Shown in pieces: positions 1-8,500 of a DNA stretch of 34,015 bases; positions within the stretch are counted from its first letter, which is position 1, and every line of letters starts with the position of its first letter. Below the pieces are notes generated by a model. The model did no database searches. It saw only the letters and a list, made by a program, of their open reading frames with translations, and had not been told where the DNA came from. The stretch covers positions 1 to 34,015 of the forward strand of contig JACPAV010000036.1 of NCBI GenBank assembly GCA_016180645.1. The letters are read 5' to 3'. The position numbers and the translations under genes are program-made. The DNA comes from Nitrospirota bacterium (lineage in GTDB: Bacteria; JACPQY01).

Positions 1-3000
1 GTTATTCGTCACGGCTACGTTCGGCGAAGGCGTGCCGTTGTAGTTGGCGTCGGTGCTGGTGGAACCTGAGAACACGATGGAGTAGGCGATGTTGCCATCC
101 TGAACCGCGTCATCCACGCCGGTGACCGTGACGGTCTGCGGACTGTTCCAGTTGAGATTCGTGAAGATGAGCGAGGCCGGGCCGACCGTGCCCTCGGTCG
201 TGTCGTTTGAACTGTAGTTGACCGTGACGTCCGCCGTGGGTGAGGAAGTCAGGGACACGGTAAAGGTGGCCGTCCCGCCCGCTTCGGTCGTGTTCCCGCT
301 GATTGTGCTCACGTTGTAGCCCGGCGTATCGTCGTCCGTGTTCGTCACGGAAACATCGACGGGATCGAGACCGTTGTAACTTGTGTCCGTGCTCGTCGCC
401 GCCCCCGTCGTGATCGTGTAGGCGATGTTCCCGTCCGCCGCGACGTCATCCACGCCGGTGACAGTCACCGTCTGAGGTGTGTTCCAGTCGGCGCTCGTGA
501 AGGTCAGGGAGACCGGGGAGACCGTGCCTTCGGTCGTATCCGTGCTGGAGAGGCCGATCGAGACGTTGGCCGTGGGTGGCGTGTTCAGGACCACCGTGAA
601 GGTCGCCGTGCCGCCCAGTTCGGTCGTGTTCCCGCTGATTGCGCCGACCGTGATTCCGGATGGGGCGATGGAGAAGTTTGCGTTCGAATCGTCAGCCGAA
701 CTGTTGCCGTAGGCGTCCGTGGCCGTGAGCCTGACGCGCACGGTGCTCGAGCTGATCGCGGGCACCGTCCACGTGTAGCTCCCATCGTTCGTTTCCCCGC
801 TCGCAATCGAGTTCAGGTAGCTGCCTCCGCTGTCCGTCGAATAGTCGAGGGCGAGGGTGAAGGCGCTCGCGTCGGTCAAGTCCGCGTTGTTCCACGTGAT
901 CGACCTACTCTGCCCTTGGGTCCACAGTTCGGCGCCATTGGGGGCGATCAGAGTGGAGATGAGAATCGATGGGGCGGCGATATCATTATTCAGAGCTGTG
1001 GGGGAGGACTGGTTCCCGACCGCGTCGGTGGCGGTGACATATAAGGAAGGGTTGGTATTGTCGCCGATGGCCGTGGCCCCGAAGGAGCCATCGGCCAGTG
1101 ATGTGACGGTCGTGATGAGTGATGTGAGAAGACCATCGGAGTAGATTTTGACGGTGGAATTGGCTTCGACGGCTCCGGCTGCTCCACCGACGGTATCATT
1201 CGTACCCGGTGTATTCTGGGTGACCGTCAGTTGCGCAGGGGCCGGCGCGGGAGGCGGAGTCGAGTCCACCGTCCACGTGTACGAGGCGGGCGACGGATCC
1301 GCGTTGCCCGCGGGGTCATTGGCCCGGACGGAGAAACTGCGAGGACCATCGGCGAGGCTACTGTACGCCTTGGGTGAGGCGCAGGTGCTGTAGGCGCCGG
1401 AATCGAGCTTGCATTCGAAAGTTGCGGCCGAATCGGGACTGTTGAAGGTGAACGACGCCGAGGTCTGATTGGTCAGGGATGAAGGCTGACCGCTGATGGA
1501 CGTTTCAGGGGCCGTCGTATCGAGCGTGACGGTTGCCGTCAGGCTTGAGGTGGCGTTGCCCAGGGAGTCGCGGAACCGGACGTAGACGGTGCGCGTTCCG
1601 TCGGCGCCGGAAGACAAGGTCCAAGGCTTGGAAGCGGAATAGGGCTCATAGGGTGAAAAGGACGTATTGTCGTTTGAGAACGCCATCTCGGGCGCGTCCG
1701 TCGCCGACAAGGTCAGCGTGACCGCCGTGGAGTTCACCGCCGCCGCCCCGGAATTGATCTTTACCGACCCGCCCGTCGGCGCGCTCGTCTTGACCGTCCA
1801 CGTGTACCCGGCGGGCGTCGGATCCACGTTGCCTGCGGCATCGGCGCCGCGGACAGTGAACGAATGAGGACCATCGGATAGGGGTCCGGAGATCGAGTGA
1901 GGAGAGGCGCAGGAGGAGGCCGGAGCAGAGTCGAGAGCGCATTGGAAAATGGCGGACGTATCCGGGGAGGTGAAAGTGAACGTCGCACTCGTCTGATTGC
2001 TGAGAGCTGATGGCTGAGAGCTGATCGCTGTATCGGGCGGCGCGGTGTCCACTGTCCACGTGAACGAAGCGGGAGTCGAGTCGATGTTTCCTGCTGCGTC
2101 CTTCGCCCGGACGTTGAAGGTGTTCGACCCTTCGACGGCGCTCAGGGTGAGCGGGGCGGTGCAGGCGGCGGCGGAAGCCGAATTCAAAGAACAGGCAAAG
2201 GAGCACCCCTCACCCCCGCCCTCTCCCCCAAGGGGCGAGGGAGAATTCTTATCGGAGCAGGAGAAAGAAAAGGTACCGGTGCCCTTGTTGCTCAGAACTG
2301 ATGGCTGAACGGTGATGGCTGTTTCGGGCGGGGTTGTGTCGACCGTCCACGTGAACAGGGCGGGAGTGAGATCCTTGTTGCCCGCCTTGTCGATGGCGGA
2401 GACGGAGAAGGTGTTCGACCCTTCGACGGCGCTCAGGGTGAGCGGGGAGGCGCAGGGCGACGGGGCGCCGGAGTTGAGGGAGCACGTGAAGGTTGATTCC
2501 GGCTCAGAACTGGTAAACTCAAAGGTCGCCGACGCCTGGTTGCTGAGAGCCGGCGGCTGAGAGCTGATCGCTGTTTCGGGCGGAGCGGAATCCTTCAGCG
2601 CCAGCTTGAACGGCACGGACAGCGGCGTGGGGTCCGTATTGCCCAGCGCGTCCGCCGCCTTCACCAGCAGGACGTGATCGCCATCGTCGGCCGCAGGAAC
2701 ATAGGACGCCGGGCAAACCCTGAAGGCTCCCCCGTCCAGCGCGCACTTGAACAGGCAGGCCGCCTTGTCGCATTTGAACACGAAGACAGAATCGGGCTTT
2801 GTCACCGTGCACGAGGTAGGGGCGGCGCCTGAACCGGTTTCCGCTCGACGTTTCGCCCCCAAGGGTGGCGCGCAGGGAGTGGAGATCAGCGTGGTGTCCG
2901 GTGGGTTCAGGTCCACTGCCTTCAGTTCGATCTTTACGTCCGCCGGCGCGGCGACGCCCGCTGCCTTGAAGTCGTCCTTCACTTTCTGATCGAGTTGAAC

Positions 3001-3981
3001 GCTCAGCGTCTCGAAAGCCACCTGCACTTGTTCATTGGTGAGCTTCTTGTTGTCCCCATTGGAGGCGGACGCAACCGCCTGCTGGAGAATGGCGGCCACC
3101 CCTCCGGGCTGGCCAGGCGATGCCGAACCCAGCGCCACCGCCACCGCCACCTCGGTCAAGGTGGACACACCGTCACCGTTCAGGTCGGGCAATTCCACTT
3201 CGTTCGTGTTGATCGTCGTCGGCTTGATGTCCAGGGTCAGAACGGGGGCGCCCGCCTTGCCGCCGGATGCCGTTGCATCGGCCTGCTGGACTTTCACCTC
3301 GACCGTGGTGGTGACACGAACATACTCCACATCCTGCCGCTGTCTCGACCGAACGCGCGTGCTGATCGCGTTCTGGCCGTCTTGCGCCGATTTCTTGGGA
3401 AGATCGAACGAGAGTTGGAAGACGAAAGCGGTCTGGCCGTCGTCCTCCACGGGCGGTTGGCCGCTTGCCTGCTTTCGCGCGGCAGCACCTCTCACGCCCC
3501 CTCTCACGCCTCCCCGAACCCCACCGCGGACGCCTGAAGCCTCGGCCCCTCTCACGCCCCCCCGCACGCCGCCTTGCTCCGATCCGCGGACCCCACCCCT
3601 GATGCCGCCCCGGATCCCGTCGGCCACAAGCTGATCGTTCACGTACACGTCGGCCACCACATCTTTGGAGTCCGCCGCCTGAATCCCGTTCAGCATCGCC
3701 GCCACCTCGGGGGAGAGCGGAATGTCCATGTCCATCGGTACCACGTCTTTTTTCGCCTCCGGCAGTTCGATTTTGCGCATGCAGGCGGGAAGGAAGGTGA
3801 GCAGTGAGCAGCAAGTGGTGAGGAGCAGGGCGAGAGTCGAGAACCGAGAACCGTGAACCGTGAACCGCGAGGAGTAGGGCGAGAGGCGCGAGGCGGGAGT
3901 CGTGAGCCGGGGAGAAACAAAAGAAGAAAAAGCAAAAGGAACGCGCGAGACTTCGCGCAGACTCAGCCCTGCCAACGACAT
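1..3981 (-). CDS. Giant surface lipoprotein A (3' end runs off the window, >1327 aa): shared N-terminal GVRG-repeat domain, multiple bacterial Ig-like repeats, Calx-beta-like repeats
   Basis: Absent from the ORF track because the frame has no stop in the window. Manual translation from ATG at 3981 gives a hydrophobic stretch plus LPAC lipobox, IPLSPEVAAMLNGI, (GVRG)n, LPDLNGDGVSTLTE, several Ig repeats (ATFxCSLD...C.SP...TF.V.A.D.AGN.D.TP...TWTVD) and, at 1-660, two TTExGGTATFTVxL...WNxPQTVTVTGVDD Calx-beta-like units. A promoter sits 6 nt upstream. Confidence 0.85.
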   Translation of the reverse strand, partial: MSLAGLSLREVSRVPFAFSSFVSPRLTTPASRLSPYSSRFTVHGSRFSTLALLLTTCCSLLTFLPACMRKIELPEAKKDVVPMDMDIPLSPEVAAMLNGIQAADSKDVVADVYVNDQLVADGIRGGIRGGVRGSEQGGVRGGVRGAEASGVRGGVRGGVRGGVRGAAARKQASGQPPVEDDGQTAFVFQLSFDLPKKSAQDGQNAISTRVRSRQRQDVEYVRVTTTVEVKVQQADATASGGKAGAPVLTLDIKPTTINTNEVELPDLNGDGVSTLTEVAVAVALGSASPGQPGGVAAILQQAVASASNGDNKKLTNEQVQVAFETLSVQLDQKVKDDFKAAGVAAPADVKIELKAVDLNPPDTTLISTPCAPPLGAKRRAETGSGAAPTSCTVTKPDSVFVFKCDKAACLFKCALDGGAFRVCPASYVPAADDGDHVLLVKAADALGNTDPTPLSVPFKLALKDSAPPETAISSQPPALSNQASATFEFTSSEPESTFTCSLNSGAPSPCASPLTLSAVEGSNTFSVSAIDKAGNKDLTPALFTWTVDTTPPETAITVQPSVLSNKGTGTFSFSCSDKNSPSPLGGEGGGEGCSFACSLNSASAAACTAPLTLSAVEGSNTFNVRAKDAAGNIDSTPASFTWTVDTAPPDTAISSQPSALSNQTSATFTFTSPDTSAIFQCALDSAPASSCASPHSISGPLSDGPHSFTVRGADAAGNVDPTPAGYTWTVKTSAPTGGSVKINSGAAAVNSTAVTLTLSATDAPEMAFSNDNTSFSPYEPYSASKPWTLSSGADGTRTVYVRFRDSLGNATSSLTATVTLDTTAPETSISGQPSSLTNQTSASFTFNSPDSAATFECKLDSGAYSTCASPKAYSSLADGPRSFSVRANDPAGNADPSPASYTWTVDSTPPPAPAPAQLTVTQNTPGTNDTVGGAAGAVEANSTVKIYSDGLLTSLITTVTSLADGSFGATAIGDNTNPSLYVTATDAVGNQSSPTALNNDIAAPSILISTLIAPNGAELWTQGQSRSITWNNADLTDASAFTLALDYSTDSGGSYLNSIASGETNDGSYTWTVPAISSSTVRVRLTATDAYGNSSADDSNANFSIAPSGITVGAISGNTTELGGTATFTVVLNTPPTANVSIGLSSTDTTEGTVSPVSLTFTSADWNTPQTVTVTGVDDVAADGNIAYTITTGAATSTDTSYNGLDPVDVSVTNTDDDTPGYNVSTISGNTTEAGGTATFTVSLTSSPTADVTVNYSSNDTTEGTVGPASLIFTNLNWNSPQTVTVTGVDDAVQDGNIAYSIVFSGSTSTDANYNGTPSPNVAVTNN
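1993..2030. repeat. In-frame 7-bp repeat array (CTGAnnG x5); related arrays at 2291-2321 and 2536-2573
   Basis: ctgattg ctgagag ctgatgg ctgagag ctgatcg ctg; encodes TAISSQPSALSNQ on the minus strand. Confidence 0.75.
2128..2154. repeat. REP-like CCCTTCGAC-N4-CTCAGGGTGA element in frame; copies at 2419-2445 and 15356-15380, related motif at 6996-7023 (opposite orientation)
   Basis: cccttcgacggcgctcagggtgagcgg occurs twice in gene A; gene C has cccttcgacggtgctcagggtgaca; gene B has ccgctcgtcctgagcctgtcgaaggacg. Resembles, from memory, the widespread CCTGAGCnnGTCGAAGG intergenic repeat. Confidence 0.65.
2206..2243. repeat. REP-like CCCTCACCC...CCCTCTCCC...GGGnGAGGG hairpin element inserted in frame
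   Basis: cccctcacccccgccctctcccccaaggggcgagggag; encodes SPSPLGGEGGGEG between two Cys of an Ig loop that is only 4-8 aa in sister domains. Confidence 0.75.
3797..3915. repeat. Degenerate 7-bp array (17 in-phase units) encoding the signal region of lipoprotein A
   Basis: gtgagca gtgagca gcaagtg gtgagga gcagggc gagagtc gagaacc gagaacc gtgaacc gtgaacc gcgagga gtagggc gagaggc gcgaggc gggagtc gtgagcc ggggaga. Confidence 0.75.
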
Positions 3982-3987
3982 GCAACG

Positions 3988-4016
3988 TTTTTAGCAATCA
4001 CGCAATGTGATGTCAA
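3988..4016 (-). promoter_or_regulatory. sigma70-type leaderless promoter for lipoprotein A
   Basis: Minus strand TTGACA-N17-TAAAAA-N6-ATG(3981), with TG at the extended -10 position; the spacer contains an ATCAC-N5-GTGAT palindrome. Confidence 0.65.
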
Positions 4017-4042
4017 GTGGTTTCTAAATATGTTTCTAATAG

Positions 4043-4064
4043 AAATGTGATGTAGATCACAATC
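4043..4064. promoter_or_regulatory. CRP/FNR-family operator (TGTGA-N6-TCACA)
   Basis: AAATGTGATGTAGATCACAATC, 19/22 match to the E. coli CRP consensus; centred about -72.5 from the inferred start at 3981. Confidence 0.7.
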
Positions 4065-4329
4065 GGTTTTTTCCACGTATGTGCATGGACTTGGGATGTC
4101 CACATTCGGGCACCCGGCATGCGATGAAAAGTCATAAGCTGAAGCAGAGCATGAAGATTCGAGCCGGGTCCCGGACATTGACTTTGTGTCACTTCTCCGG
4201 CTCGGCGTTTCCGAGAAGCCTCCATCCTGCGCTACAAGTCCTACACGTCGGGAGTGTCGGGTTTTCTGCCCAAGGTGGTCATCGTCGGCGCCGGACATGG
4301 AGACCATGACTTACGTCAGGCGGCCTAAT

Positions 4330-4351
4330 AATTGTGACGTAAATCACAATT
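4330..4351. promoter_or_regulatory. Second TGTGA-N6-TCACA palindrome within a cluster of overlapping inverted repeats (4309-4362)
   Basis: ATTGTGA-CGTAAA-TCACAAT has perfect 7-bp arms; it overlaps TTACGTCA...TGACGTAA and TCACAA-N7-TTGTGA. Confidence 0.55.
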
Positions 4352-4444
4352 CAAATTTGTGAAGTTACTACGAGCACTTACGATGACAATGACCGGTGTC
4401 CACCAACATTGGGGGATTCCTGTGAGGAGCGCCTTGGCATGTGT

Positions 4445-5041
4445 CTATCGTTTCCGAACACGGGCATAGTCAAACCCCGCCGCGCGAATGGCTTTCTTGT
4501 AGGCTCCGAACCACTTGCGTGCCGCGTTGTAGAGGGCACTGTTCGATCGGCTGACCGCGTTGTCGTGGAGCGGAAGACCCCGCGCTTTGCATGCCCGCAG
4601 TGCTTCAACAACCTTTGAACGCGACCAAACGGGAGCCTTGCAAATCTTGTCGTAGTCGATTCCGGCCGCGCGGATGGCGGCCTTGTACGAGCCAAACCGG
4701 CCGGAAGCCGCGGCGTACAGACGACCCCCCTCAACTGTTGCGGTGAGCGCTCTCATGTTCAATGGTTGCCGCTCGCGCCATCGCTTGCGCAACTCTTCGG
4801 CAACCCGCTCCCTGGGCCAGATGGTCCGCCGTTCGGCGTCCTGGCGCCGGAGGGCTTCGGCCACGACGTGCTGCACTTCATACTCCTCCTTGTACTCTTG
4901 CGGGTCGACTTTGTGCTTGAAGTAGAGATGAGGGCTGAGATTGCGGTATCGACGTCGGCACATCAGGCACGTGACGAATTCCTCGGGCGTACGAGGCCGG
5001 GGATTGGGCAGGCCGGCATTCGAACTTCGGCGATGTTTCAC
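4445..5041 (-). CDS. Putative DNA-binding protein: Ros/MucR-like zinc finger plus two helical W...LY.AA...FG.Y..AIRAAG.DY repeats
   Basis: VTCLMC..YRNL..HL..KH...EYKEEY resembles the MucR finger; two internal ~64-aa repeats; GGAG upstream of the GTG start; very basic. Confidence 0.7.
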   Translation of the reverse strand: MKHRRSSNAGLPNPRPRTPEEFVTCLMCRRRYRNLSPHLYFKHKVDPQEYKEEYEVQHVVAEALRRQDAERRTIWPRERVAEELRKRWRERQPLNMRALTATVEGGRLYAAASGRFGSYKAAIRAAGIDYDKICKAPVWSRSKVVEALRACKARGLPLHDNAVSRSNSALYNAARKWFGAYKKAIRAAGFDYARVRKR

Positions 5042-5045
5042 GGGA

Positions 5046-5272
5046 TCACTTCTCCGTAGTCTCTAGGTCGGGGGAGAAGGCGGCGGGGGCGACGAGTCGG
5101 TCGCGGTACTCATTTTCCTCAGTATCCCGCCTGTGTCGGGTTTCGTCAACGAGCCCACGAGCTGCCGGATCGTCCCACGATCGGCGTGGAAAGGCTTTCT
5201 TGTGCGTCGAGCGGAGCCGCGAGGAGACGAGGGGGGAGTAGATGCGGGTCTGGGAAATCGAACTGGCAAGGA
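5046..5272 (-). pseudogene. C-terminal remnant of a third Xer-like tyrosine recombinase
   Basis: 5184-5249 encodes TRIYSPLVSSRLRSTHKKAFPR, 19/22 aa identical to the end of the 25665..26660 recombinase (12/66 nt differ, mostly synonymous); preceded by degenerate LASSISQ (cf. LGHSSIS); the frame ends 4 nt before the MucR-like gene. Confidence 0.8.
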
Positions 5273-5292
5273 CCGGTGACCCCCGTTCGAGG

Positions 5293-5360
5293 CCCCGTGG
5301 CTTGCCACGGGGTATCTTTTCCTCGGCACAAGCACGGGGTAGGAAGTCCGCCGCGGCGGA
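5293..5360. repeat. GC-rich hairpin cluster (REP- or IS200/IS605-end-like) at the recombinase truncation point
   Basis: CCCCGTGGC-TT-GCCACGGGG (5293-5312), a degenerate second copy ending CACGGGGTA (~5322-5341) and the perfect palindrome TCCGCCGCGGCGGA (5347-5360). Confidence 0.6.
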
Positions 5361-5520
5361 TGCGGGCCTCCAACGGTGTGAAATGGCGGCTAGCCGGCAC
5401 CCGGAGCCGGGGGGAGGACCACAAGCGCGACAGGCCGGCCATTGCTGGGGAGCGGGCCATCGGGAGCAGCTCGGCGATGGAACGAACACGGCTCGGCTGA
5501 CGCCCGTTCCGCTGGTCGGC

Positions 5521-5549
5521 TTGCCCTGAACCGCCATCGCCACTAGAAT
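5521..5549 (+). promoter_or_regulatory. sigma70-type leaderless promoter for lipoprotein B
   Basis: TTGCCC-N17-TAGAAT-N6-ATG(5556). Confidence 0.65.
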
Positions 5550-5555
5550 AGGTCC

Positions 5556-8500
5556 ATGCTTGTTCGGCGGACGCGGGACGTTCTCCTCGCGTTCGTCGTG
5601 GCCCTGTCCTCGTCCGTGCTGATCGGTTGTTCCGCGTGCGACGGCAAGAAGGGCGACAGGTCGGTCGAGCTTGAGATCGGCCTGCCGCTCACACCTGAGC
5701 AGGCCGCGGCGTTGGAGGGCATCCGGGCCGGCGTGCGGGGCATCAGCCGGGTGGACGATCTGTCGCGTGTGGATGAGCTTTCGCGTGTGGACGAACTGAG
5801 CCGGGTTGATGAGATCAGCCGGGTGGACGAGATCTCCCGTGTGGACGAGGCTCTCCGAGGGGCTGCGGCCAACCTCCTCATCGACGACCAAGCCGTGGCG
5901 GAGGGCCGGCGCGGAGAAATCGTCTCCGGCGTGCGCACCGGCGTCCGTCTGGGCCGACGCGCCGCTCCGGGCCGTAAAGTCGTGAATGGGGAAGCACGGG
6001 AGGGACGCGCTCCGTTGCGTCCGCCCGACCGTCAGGGCCACGATGGAGCGTGGCTCTTCAGGGGTCACGATCTTGCGATCTCACGCAAGCAAGCGCCGGA
6101 AGCTCCCTCCTTCTCGTTTCATATCCTCGTCTCGATTTCGGAGAAGTTCCTCCACGCCGGCGAGAGGAGGCTTCGCCTTCAGGTCTTCCCTCCCGAGGAG
6201 CCGGAACTGATTCTGATCGACGTCCAGATGCCGCTCTCGGTGGAGGAGGAGAAGGGCAGGCCCGTCATCCCGGAGCAGGAGATCCCCGCCGAGCTTATTC
6301 AACTGCCCGACGGTGACGAGGACGGGGTATCCACGCTGGTCGAGACCATCACGGCCGGACCGGATTTCGCGCGAGACCCCGGCAAGAAACCCTCGGTTGA
6401 ACTGACACGAGGCATGCTCGTCCTGCTCGGCAAGAATCTGGGGCAAACCCTCCAGGCCGAACAGGGCATCACCGTGGAGGTTTCCATCGATCCCCAGGCC
6501 ATCACGCTCGATCCGCCGGAGACGGCGGGAGCCTACGTTCCGCCCGAACCGGGGACTCCCGCCGCTCAGCTTCCCCCGGGCGTGACGATTGTCGGCATCC
6601 CCACCACTTTCACCTTCTCCTGCTCCGGTACGGCCGGGACGGCCGCGTGCAAGTACGCGTGCTCCATCGACGGCGGCCCGTATTTCGGATGCGCTTCGCC
6701 TTTCACGTGGAAGTTCGACACGCCGGGAGAGCATCGGATCCAGGTCAAATCCGCTGACAACCTCGGCAATACGGACACCTCCCCCGTCGAGTTGATCGTC
6801 AATGTCCTCACCCCGGAGGTCGCCGCTGATCCCGAAGCCGTGAAACAGTACGACCTCCCGCCCAACACGATCATCTTCCAAGAGCCGCCGGCCGTAAGCA
6901 GTGAACTTTCAGCCACGTTCACCTTCACGTCTTCCGAGGTCAACACCACGTTCGAGTGCTCGCTCGATGGCGCTCCGTGGGCGGAGTGCTCAAGTCCGCT
7001 CGTCCTGAGCCTGTCGAAGGACGGCTCGCACACTTTCCGTGTCCGTGCCATCGACTCCGCGGGGCAAGCCGACCCCACACCCGCCACATACACCTGGACC
7101 ATCGACACCACCGCACTCGAAACGACCATCACCAGCGGGCCAACCGCCACCACCGGATTTACCTCGGCAACTTTCGAGTTTTCCTCTACAAGCCCTGGCG
7201 CCACCTTCGAGTGCTCCCTCGACGGAACAGGCTTTGCCCCGTGCACTTCCCCCCACTTGATCACTGGACCACTTTCTTCGGGCACCCACACGTTCAGGGT
7301 TCGCGCAAAGGCTGTTTCAGGAATCGTCGATCCCACACCCGCCACGTACACCTGGACGGTCAACACCACTCTCCTCGACACGACGCTCGCAGGGGCGGGC
7401 TTGCCCGCCCTCCTCACCACCCAGACGACGGCCACGTTCGAGTTCACCGCATCCAATCCCGCGGCCACGTTTGAATGCGAACTGGACGGGGGCGGGTTTT
7501 CGGCCTGTTCATCACCCAAAGCCTATTCCGGGCTCACGTCCGGTTCCCATACGTTCAAAGTGCGAGCGAAAGATACCTCCGGCAACCTGGACTCCACGCC
7601 CGCTTCCTACACATGGACCGTGGACGTGACACCTCCGACTTTTGCCGGACTTGCGACCGCCACGGCCGTCTCAACGACCCAGATCGACCTCGCTTGGACG
7701 GCGGCGACTGACAACGTGAGCGCCTCAAACAAGATCATCTATGAGATTTGCCAATCGACGACCTCCGGCACCTGCGCCACAACCTTCACCGCCACGTACA
7801 CCACCACTGCCGGCGCCATTTCCTATTCCGCTCAGTCCTTAGTCCTCAGCACTCAGTACTTCTTTATGGCCCGCGCCAAAGACGAACTCGGAAACCGCGA
7901 CACCAACACCACCGAAAACTCCGCCGCCACCCTCGGTGGCCCGCTACCTCCCGGCGGGAATGTCCAGGCCGTCGCCACCCATCTCGGCGATCACACCTGT
8001 TCTCTCATCTCGGACGGGACGGTCAAGTGCTGGGGGAACAACCTTTATGGTCAGCTTGGGGACGGAACAACCACCAATCGCCCAACGCCCGCCGGCGTTC
8101 CTTCACTGCCGAATGCTATCGCCATAGCTGGAGGGAACACTCACACCTGCGCGCTCATAGTGGGCGGGACCGTCAGGTGCTGGGGAGAAAACTCTTACGG
8201 TAAGCTGGGGGACGGAACGACCACCAACAAGTGGACGCCTGTTCCAGTGGCGTCTCTTTCCAACGCGGTCGGGATAGCGGGAGGGGGCATTCACGCCTGC
8301 GCACTCTTGGCGGACGGGACGGTCAAGTGCTGGGGAAGCAATAACTATGGAAACCTCGGGGACGGAACAACAGTAGACAAGTGGACCCCTGTCCCGGTGG
8401 CGTCCCTATCCAACGCCATCGGAATGGCGGGAGGGTACTATCACACCTGCGCACTCTTGGCGGACGGGACGGTCAAGTGCTGGGGATCGAACCAGTACGG

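Noticed and set aside
3173-3997. 274-aa minus-strand ORF as the gene at this position
   Set aside because: Alternative frame of lipoprotein A; the frame starting at 3981 holds the lipobox and the paralogue-conserved motifs.
5384-5399. sigma54-like GG-N10-GC upstream of lipoprotein B
   Set aside because: TGGCGGCTAGCCGGCA lacks the CAC and TTGC context; a better sigma70 promoter lies at 5521-5549.
5273-6068. 340-aa ORF 5046..6068 (-) as a real gene
   Set aside because: Mostly antisense to lipoprotein B and its promoter; only the 5046-5272 part carries a recognisable recombinase remnant.
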